20,000 nucleotides of DNA from an uncultured virus (IMG/VR IMGVR_UViG_3300032323_003710) (lineage: Duplodnaviria; Heunggongvirae; Uroviricota; Caudoviricetes). The position numbers and the translations under genes are program-made. The stretch is taken from the IMG/VR virus record IMGVR_UViG_3300032323_003710; one strand, given 5' to 3'. Positions 7,889 through 15,400 of the stretch are shown piece by piece (the stretch's first letter is position 1; each line of letters starts with the position of its first letter). The notes beneath the pieces are model-generated. The model had not been told where the DNA came from. It saw nothing but the letters and a program-made list of their open reading frames with translations, and did not search any database.

Positions 7889-8810
7889 AATTATTTTTAT
7901 TTTTGAATAAGTCAAAGAATTTCTTTACTTTACTAACTGGTTCTTCTTTTGGTATTTGTCTATCAAAAGTTAATTCTAATTGATATATTAATGGATTATC
8001 ATAATTTTCAATTACACTCTTATTAACTTCAACTAGTTCATCTAAACTCATAACTCTAATTGAATTATTCATACATACATACCAAACATAAATACGAGTT
8101 AATGGTTTATCATAAACATCAAGTATATATTCTTCTGCAACTGATAATGTATCATATATACTCTCTAATGAAACACATCCCTCAACTTTATTAGTTCTTT
8201 CTTTATCAATTCTTTTTAAGAAAACTCGGAATCCATCATGAAAATCTGGCACATAATCACCTGCACAAGGATGATTATATCTTAAAAAAGTGACATCTGT
8301 ATTAAAATCTAAATCAGTAATCTCAACAAATAAACTTTTAATATCTTCTTTATTAATATCTCTATTAACTAAAGACTCTGATATTTTTTCTTTGTTTTTA
8401 ATGTGTTTTACAACTCTTTCAATGTCTTCTTCTTGGTCTTCACCAGAATAAACATACATAGCTTCTTGTTCTGTAATTGGTTCAATCTTAATATATTCAA
8501 TCTTATTACCAAATGCACAATCTGCTTTGAGTTGTTCTTCTGTTACTTCACCATCTGAATCCATATAATTTCCATTTGGTAGTTTAACTACAATATGTGC
8601 AGGTTCACTATCATATCCAGTATATCCAGCTTCTTCATCCCAATCATCTTCTTTATGATAACCATTAACAATGTAAAGTGGATAACCATAAACTCTATGA
8701 AGTGCAATTGCATAAATATCACAATCACCACAATTAAAATTATGTTCACTAAAGTCATAATCATCTGTAAATCTTGACTCAAATAGTTTATATGATTGTA
8801 AATAATTCAT
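7869..8810 (-). CDS. Two-domain protein with a putative papain/transglutaminase-like Cys-His-Asp domain and MNYLQSYKLFES leader
   Basis: FNCGDCDIYAIALH (Cys30 at a helix start), PAHIVVKL (His72), NYMDSDG (Asp84). The C-terminal domain is unrecognised. Confidence 0.6.
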   Translation of the reverse strand: MNYLQSYKLFESRFTDDYDFSEHNFNCGDCDIYAIALHRVYGYPLYIVNGYHKEDDWDEEAGYTGYDSEPAHIVVKLPNGNYMDSDGEVTEEQLKADCAFGNKIEYIKIEPITEQEAMYVYSGEDQEEDIERVVKHIKNKEKISESLVNRDINKEDIKSLFVEITDLDFNTDVTFLRYNHPCAGDYVPDFHDGFRVFLKRIDKERTNKVEGCVSLESIYDTLSVAEEYILDVYDKPLTRIYVWYVCMNNSIRVMSLDELVEVNKSVIENYDNPLIYQLELTFDRQIPKEEPVSKVKKFFDLFKNKNNYEIKKI

Positions 8811-9223
8811 TATTTTTTAATAGTATTTATATTATCTTTTTCAAAGTTATCAAAACTCATAATCTTCTTTTCTTCACCAGAAGTTTTAGTATAGTCTTGT
8901 CTTTTAGATAAAACATTTTTTAAGTGTTTTAAGTCAAGTCTTTTCTCTCTTGATTTCTTACCAGTTCTTGCACCATGATTTGAACCCATTGCTGCAGGTA
9001 TTTTTTGGAATACTCTATTAGCTCCACCTGGATTATAAGCAACATCTAATGTTCCATCACTTACTTTGTTTGTACTTGATGCCCAGTTTGTACTTAATGT
9101 TTGTCCTGCTAAACCAGATGCTGGTCCACCAGAAACTCCTGTACTAACTGCTAAGCCACCTGTTGCAGATGTGCTTTCATTAGTCTCTTCCTCAAAATTT
9201 TCAAATAATATTAAATGTTTCAT
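8810..9223 (-). CDS. Gly/Ser-rich, probably disordered protein with MKHLILFENF leader
   Basis: 137-aa ORF with the promoter motif 4 nt upstream. Its stop overlaps the next ATG. Confidence 0.75.
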   Translation of the reverse strand: MKHLILFENFEEETNESTSATGGLAVSTGVSGGPASGLAGQTLSTNWASSTNKVSDGTLDVAYNPGGANRVFQKIPAAMGSNHGARTGKKSREKRLDLKHLKNVLSKRQDYTKTSGEEKKIMSFDNFEKDNINTIKK

Positions 9224-9227
9224 AAAT

Positions 9228-9238
9228 TATATATTAAA
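9228..9238 (-). promoter_or_regulatory. TTTAATATATA motif, 4 nt before ATG
   Basis: Minus strand reads TTTAATATATA-ATTT-ATG. Confidence 0.65.
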
Positions 9239-9281
9239 TTTTACAAATCAAAAGACAACTTCTATAATATATATGGTTATT

Positions 9282-9887
9282 ATGGACAGAATTAAATTAT
9301 TAGAAATTAAGAAACTATTTAAAGAACTTGATTATGTCCAATCTGATTTTGAATATAGAAGTGAAATTATAAGTGAAGCAGACACCAATTTTCTTAATGG
9401 TGTCAATAGTTTCCTTGATGACCACCCTGAATTAAAAGAATTATATGAAAGTAAAGTAAATGAAAGAGTAAATCAATTTATTCATACAGAATCTTATGAA
9501 CCTATAGAACAAACAGAGGATGGTTATGAAGAACTTGAAATAGTTTTAGATGATAAGTCACCTAAAGTAAAAAAACTATACAGAGAGATTGTTAAAATAA
9601 CTCATCCTGATAAATCTGATAAGAAATCACATAGTGATATTTATATCAAAGCAACTGAATATTATGATATGAATGATAAGATTGGTATATACAAGATTTG
9701 TACTGAACTAGATATAGATTATGATATTGAATATGAAGATAATATTGAAATACAAAAAAGAATAGATGATTTAAAAGGTAGAATAACCTTCTTAGAAAGT
9801 ACATTTACTTATCAATGGATTAGAATTGATGATGAGTTACAAAAAAATGAAATGATGATTAATTTTATTAAGATGAGAATACAATAA
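9282..9887 (+). CDS. J-domain (DnaJ-like) co-chaperone protein
   Basis: KVKKLYREIVKITHPDK...IYIKATEYY corresponds to helix II, HPD and helix III. The start is moved from 9066, which overlaps the opposite-strand gene, to ATG 9282 (alternative 9273), downstream of the motif variant TATAATATATA at 9263-9273. Confidence 0.75.
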   Translation: MDRIKLLEIKKLFKELDYVQSDFEYRSEIISEADTNFLNGVNSFLDDHPELKELYESKVNERVNQFIHTESYEPIEQTEDGYEELEIVLDDKSPKVKKLYREIVKITHPDKSDKKSHSDIYIKATEYYDMNDKIGIYKICTELDIDYDIEYEDNIEIQKRIDDLKGRITFLESTFTYQWIRIDDELQKNEMMINFIKMRIQ

Positions 9888-10523
9888 TTATAGTATGTTA
9901 ACTTTTATCTTTCTTTCTTTAAGTAAGTCTTGTAACTCTTCCTTTCTAAATGTTCTTTTGTAAATATCATTTTCTTTCTCTACATTCTGTAATACCCATT
10001 CATTACCATTAGTTACATTGTAAATATAATTCTCATCACCATCAACTAATTCAATAGTTCTTGATGTTAATTTATCATAGAACTTTTGTACATCACCATT
10101 TATTTTGTACAATTTTACATCTTCCCATTTGTTTAAAGTTTCATTCCAAGATTGGAATATTAAATAAGATGGATTTTCCAATTCATTTTTATCAATACCA
10201 TATATAAACATAAATCTACAAGGTTTATTCAGAAACGTCTGGAAATCATCTGACAATTTCACCTCAGATTTTTTAAGTGCAATACTTGACAATGAGTTAA
10301 TAAACTCTACATTGTCTTCTAAGTAGTCTAAATCTAATTTATCTTTATAATCTTCTGTAGGAAGTTTGAATGTATCAAACATATCAACTTCTTCTGCACC
10401 AATAGCTTCTAGTAATGCATCATGCCAAATTGTCAATGATTCTAATATATCAACCATTGTTTGAACACTTAAATCAACCAAAACAGATTCTTTGAAACTA
10501 ATATATTTTTTTAAATACTTCAT
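9888..10523 (-). CDS. Hypothetical acidic protein with MKYLKKYISFKES leader
   Basis: 211-aa ORF with the promoter motif at 10552-10562. Confidence 0.78.
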   Translation of the reverse strand: MKYLKKYISFKESVLVDLSVQTMVDILESLTIWHDALLEAIGAEEVDMFDTFKLPTEDYKDKLDLDYLEDNVEFINSLSSIALKKSEVKLSDDFQTFLNKPCRFMFIYGIDKNELENPSYLIFQSWNETLNKWEDVKLYKINGDVQKFYDKLTSRTIELVDGDENYIYNVTNGNEWVLQNVEKENDIYKRTFRKEELQDLLKERKIKVNIL

Positions 10524-10543
10524 TTTACTTTTTGAGTAATAAA

Positions 10544-10563
10544 TTTTAATATATATATTAAAA
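10544..10563. promoter_or_regulatory. Perfect 20-bp palindrome TTTTAATATATATATTAAAA containing two overlapping divergent copies of the promoter motif
   Basis: Plus-strand copy at 10545-10555 and minus-strand copy at 10552-10562, between divergent ATGs at 10523 and 10579. Confidence 0.7.
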
Positions 10564-10578
10564 AATTAACTCAATTAA

Positions 10579-11988
10579 ATGAAGTGGTTAAGAAAATTTG
10601 AATTATTTAAAGAATCAAAGGCATATTCTAACAAGAATCTTATATCTGAGATGTGTGTGAGTATGTTATTAATCAATAATACTTTTTTAGACTCAATTTT
10701 AGACAAAGGACTTAAAGCAAGATATAATGAGAACTCACAAGTTTTCCTTACAGATTTGAAAAACTTAATAATAGCTAAGAACAGATTTAAACTTGGGAAG
10801 TTTGAAGATAAATTATGTGTAGAAGATAATGAAACATCTAAAATAAACTTATCATTTGAAGGTATCAAATTTGATATAGAAAAAGATTGGAACTATTTAG
10901 TAAATGCAAGAACAATTGCAAGAAACATTATAGATAAATTATTACCAGAAGGTAAATTAGAATCTGATAACATCAAAGCAGTTTATTGGATTGGTCCTAA
11001 TAAAGATGATGACCACCAAGAAGATATAGTTGTAGAATTAAGAGATGGTCAACAATTCTCATTCTTCTTGAACAAAAATTTATCAGCTTCTAAATCAGCA
11101 TCATTCAATACATTTGCGGAAGACCTAATTGGTCAAGACTTAGAGTTATTATTCACAGAAGAATATTTAGTTAAATGGAATAAATTAACTCAAGAGTGGA
11201 TTAGAATATTATATGATAATGCAAATAAAGATATTCAATTTCATATTGAAAAGTTTATTGATCCAAAAAGGATTGATTCAATTGGTTACTTTGATTATTT
11301 TGATATAAGACATGGTGACTTGAAATATAAACACTTAGGTGAGTTCTTCAAAGTATTTGATAAAAACATTCTTAAATTTCAAGACTTACTTTTAGAGATA
11401 TGGAAAAACAGAGATACTTGTTTTATGGATCCTGAAAGAGTTTATCAAGAGTGGGAAGAAGTTAAGATAGTTGTTCTTAATTCTAAGATATTAGAAAACT
11501 TATTAACAACATCATTAAAATCTAATTTCCCTGATGATATTAAGAAATTGGATGATGGTTTTAAATTAGCTGAAGGAACAGTTAAAATGAAATTGTTTAA
11601 GACTTTAGTAGAGAAAATGGGTTGTTTAGAAAGACCTACATATTACTTAGGACAAAATGGCAACATATTTAATTTAATTCCTGAACGTCAATTTTTTAGA
11701 GATCATTATGATGACTTAACAATTAAGTTTGATTATCATGTTAACTTTAAGGTTAGTGAAGAAGAAGAAAACAATGACTTTAAGATTAAGATAAACTTAT
11801 TACTTGATGATGAGAAGTTAGTTGATATGGATATTGTAATTAGAATGACTAGTGAGATGTCTGGTAGATTAACAGCTAAGTATAAGTTTGATATATCAAG
11901 TCACTTCAACTATTTAGTGTCATTGAAAAGAGGTACTGCTCAAGAAGATGAAGAACAAGAAGATGATATACAAAATGATATAGAATAA
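10579..11988 (+). CDS. Hypothetical protein with MKWLRKFELFKES leader; possible degenerate PD-(D/E)xK nuclease-like fold
   Basis: 469-aa ORF with an acidic tail. The segment VYWIGPNKDDDHQEDIVVELRDGQQFSFFLNK resembles a restriction-like 'W.G...DI.V...DG...ISLK' core. The ORF is secure; the fold is tentative. Confidence 0.7.
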   Translation: MKWLRKFELFKESKAYSNKNLISEMCVSMLLINNTFLDSILDKGLKARYNENSQVFLTDLKNLIIAKNRFKLGKFEDKLCVEDNETSKINLSFEGIKFDIEKDWNYLVNARTIARNIIDKLLPEGKLESDNIKAVYWIGPNKDDDHQEDIVVELRDGQQFSFFLNKNLSASKSASFNTFAEDLIGQDLELLFTEEYLVKWNKLTQEWIRILYDNANKDIQFHIEKFIDPKRIDSIGYFDYFDIRHGDLKYKHLGEFFKVFDKNILKFQDLLLEIWKNRDTCFMDPERVYQEWEEVKIVVLNSKILENLLTTSLKSNFPDDIKKLDDGFKLAEGTVKMKLFKTLVEKMGCLERPTYYLGQNGNIFNLIPERQFFRDHYDDLTIKFDYHVNFKVSEEEENNDFKIKINLLLDDEKLVDMDIVIRMTSEMSGRLTAKYKFDISSHFNYLVSLKRGTAQEDEEQEDDIQNDIE

Positions 11989-12020
11989 ATAAAAAAGAGA
12001 CTAAAAGTCTCTTTTTTATT
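11988..12020. terminator. Bidirectional intrinsic terminator-like hairpin
   Basis: Perfect 15-bp stem AATAAAAAAGAGACT-(AAA)-AGTCTCTTTTTTATT between convergent stops at 11988 and 12019. Confidence 0.85.
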
Positions 12021-12399
12021 ACTCACCTGTTCCTTTATAAATTAATTCTATTGAACTTACTGGTATTTTATCAAAAGTAATTATACGTTTATCTTCTAAA
12101 TCAAAGTTAGGATCCACATACCACTTATTTTCAAGTTTAGAAGTATCTATTTTATAAATATCATCATCATATGTGGAATCAAACCAATCTTCTTTATCAT
12201 CACTATTAACTGCAAATATAACCTCACCATCAATTTTTGTATCAGATAACCAAGCTTCACTTTTTCCCTTTGGTATTAAACCTTCTTTAGTAATTTTATC
12301 TCTGAAAATTGGATTTGATGTATGATATAGATATTTATTTGGTTCTACTTCTACTAAATGACTATTTAAGAAACTTTCATACAATTTAATATATCTCAT
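12019..12399 (-). CDS. Putative ADP-ribosyltransferase-fold protein (Tpt1/KptA C-terminal-like) with MRYIKLYESF leader
   Basis: YLYHTS (His26)...I.KEGLIP...VIFA...IYKID...YVDPNF...IITFDKIPVSSIELI follows the LYHGT...I...GL.P...VYL...L.ID...IPP..I pattern of small NAD-using ART proteins. Confidence 0.65.
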   Translation of the reverse strand: MRYIKLYESFLNSHLVEVEPNKYLYHTSNPIFRDKITKEGLIPKGKSEAWLSDTKIDGEVIFAVNSDDKEDWFDSTYDDDIYKIDTSKLENKWYVDPNFDLEDKRIITFDKIPVSSIELIYKGTGE

Positions 12400-12403
12400 A
12401 AAT

Positions 12404-12414
12404 TATATATTAAA
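12404..12414 (-). promoter_or_regulatory. TTTAATATATA motif, 4 nt before ATG
   Basis: Minus strand reads TTTAATATATA-ATTT-ATG, the same context as at 9223. Confidence 0.65.
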
Positions 12415-12431
12415 ATAGGAATACCATTTCA

Positions 12432-12442
12432 TTAAATATATA
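12432..12442 (+). promoter_or_regulatory. TTAAATATATA motif variant, 4 nt before ATG
   Basis: One mismatch to the consensus; reads TTAAATATATA-AGCT-ATG(12447). Confidence 0.55.
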
Positions 12443-12446
12443 AGCT

Positions 12447-15400
12447 ATGAGTTTATCACCATTATTTCCACATTATGGACCATTAGGTTCTGGTCCTTAT
12501 TACGTATCACTTGCCATTCCTGGTGCACCAAGTGCAATTTCTAAATCATTAGGTTTGACTACACCTACAGGTATCTTACTTCCTAATGTTGATTATATCA
12601 CTAAGTTTAGTGAAGGTGAATTAGGTATTAGTGATACTTTTACTAAAGATATGATATTCAAAAATATGAATAATCCTATAGCATCAAAGAATGAAGCAAT
12701 ATTTAAACAATTTGCTAAACAAAATAAAATTGATGTTAGTGATATAAGTAAGTTTAAGAAAGGTAATAAATTTGTGATGCCTAAAGACCAAATTAAAATT
12801 CCTTCTGAGAATGATTTAACTGGTTTTAAAGCATTTGAGAGAACTACTTTACAATCTATATTTGAAACACAAAAACCTTATATGGAGATTGTTAAAACAT
12901 CTACAGAAACTATAGCAAGGGTAGAAGATATTATTGCAAGAGTTATGCCATTCTTTGGTAATCCTTTAACCACTAAATCAAGAGTTCCTACAAAGAATAA
13001 AGGTGGAGGTGGTGGACCTAAAGCTATTGGTTTTAAAAAAGCAGAACAATTAAAAAAAGAACTTAATGGACTTCAAGCCTTAATTAAAAAAGGTATGAAT
13101 GCTTCCACTACAAATAATACTGGTGGTGCTACTTCATCTAATCCAAATAATGTAGAATTTACTCAACCAAGTGCAGATAGTAACACAGCTGGTTTTACAA
13201 GTACTCGTTGGCAAGTAATATCTACAGTTTATTCTACAGGTATATTTAATCCTAACTTAGATTATGATTTTAAATATATTAATTTACCTGCAGATGAACC
13301 AACACCAATTGTACCAGAAGATGATATTGATTTGAGTAATGGTGATCCATATGAAAACTTTAAACCAAAATCATTAATATTTGGTATTTATAACTCTAAA
13401 GGAGAAGCAATTGACCCTGCAGAATATTTAAAAACTATTGGTATGAATGGTAATGATAAAACAGAAGTTGAAACACCATTTAAAAGAGCTGATTGGTTAT
13501 TGAGATCACCAAAGTGGAAAATAACAGAAGGTTTTGAGTGGCCTACTTTTGCAGAACCTAATTATGTTTGGATTAATGGCTTAGGTCAGACAAGGATAAG
13601 TGATAAGAAACCATTAACAACACCATCTACAAATCCTGTACAAAATGCACTTGGTGGATATGCTATAAAAAAATATAGAGCAGGTCAAAAAGATATATTA
13701 ACAGGTTTACCTGCTATAAAAGGTGATCCTGTTATAAAAAGTTTTAAGAAGATAGATGAAACATCATATAGAAACGAATTTAGTGATATAATTGATATAG
13801 GTCTTAATTCAAATAGTACACTTACAAGTGAGTTTAAGAAACAAGTAAATACTGATGTAATGAGTAGAATAGATATTAATACTCAATTACAAATAAACTA
13901 TTTATATAGTCATTCTAAAATATCAGTTTATAAAAAAGTAAATAATAAAGAAGCTTTCCCTGAGATGATGAGAAAGTCTTACAAGCCTTATGAGATATAT
14001 TCACCAGAAGCTGCCAAAGATCCTTTATTGAGTGCTGCTGCAATTGCCAAGGGTAAGAAACCTGGTATGATTTGGGTTGAACCTGATTCAGACTATGACA
14101 TGAAAGTAATTCGTATTGATCCTATATCTACAATTGAATATGCAGAAGTACAAGGTGGTCCTGAAACAGAAACAAGTATAACAAAGTTTGTTAAGAATAG
14201 AGTTAGATTTGATATGTCAAATGGTGGAACATTTAGTTTTAGTTTATCTAAGAATGGTGCAACTGCCGATATTTTAGAAAATATACAAGAATTCACATTT
14301 GAGAACTGGAATTATGAGAATCCAAAATTAGTAAATACAAATACTTTTACTGTAAGTATGTGGAGTAAAGATGTTCCTAAAAGGTTTACTGATGGTAGAA
14401 ACTATTATAGTTTTAGAGTTGATAGACCAAGATTTACTATAAATGATTTCTTAGCTAAGTTAGGTGTAACACAATCAACTCCTACATTGACACAACAATT
14501 TAATCAAATACCTACTTATGATACTTATAGTATTAGAAAAACTGGTGGTGAGTGGTATTTTTCAACAACCGCAAACTACCTGAAAAATGGTATTAATAAG
14601 TTAGGAGATGGTACAACTATATTTACAGAAGATGGAATTGTTAAGAGATGGTATCAATTATATGAAAAACAACTTACTGGTCCTGCTGTTGGCTTCAATT
14701 TACCTGCATTTGGTATAGCAAGAACAATGACATATAATTATGATACTGATAAGTTTGATGTAACTGATAAAACAATTCCATTATATAGATTAAAGATTGA
14801 CCAAAAATATAGTTCATCTAAAATTATTGATCCATCTCAGATAACTAATAATAAACTAACAACTACAGAATTATTTGTAAATGATCCACTTTGGTATGGT
14901 CATGGTTCTTCTATAGATCCACAAACTTTAGGTATAATAAAAAGATATGCTTTAACTGATTTAGATACAGAATCTTACTACATTGTTGAAGGTGTTTTAA
15001 GAAAAGAAAATCCATTTGAAGATGATGAGTTAGGTAATAGGAAAAGACGTAGTGGAGGTGGAGGTGGAAAATCTTGGTATAGAATTGGAGATGCAATAGG
15101 TGCTACTAGAGTATTTGCCAGTTTATTGTCTTCAATATTTTCTAAGTTAATTCCAAAAATTATTAAGTTACTTTCATTATTTCAGAATCCTTTTAACTTT
15201 ATCATTGATATACTCTCTGAAAAGATGGGTAAGAATGTTAATTTCTTAACAAAGGAATCATTATCTACATTTGCAGATGCTGCTAAATTAAGAGATAGAA
15301 TAAAGGGACAAGTTGGTGGTATAGATAATATCAAAAAACAAATTGATGATGTTAGACTAACTGCTAAGAATAAATCTGATTTTATATTAGCTCAGGCAGA

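Noticed and set aside
8588..8782. ORFs 8588..8782 (-) and 8595..8777 (+), both hydrophobic
   Set aside because: Nested in the 313-aa gene. The hydrophobicity is the expected by-product of alternative frames in AT-rich DNA.
9066..9281. N-terminal extension of the J-domain ORF
   Set aside because: Overlaps the opposite-strand gene 8810-9223 and its promoter; a better start exists at 9282.
10575..10868. 97-aa minus-strand ORF
   Set aside because: Antisense shadow of the 469-aa gene.
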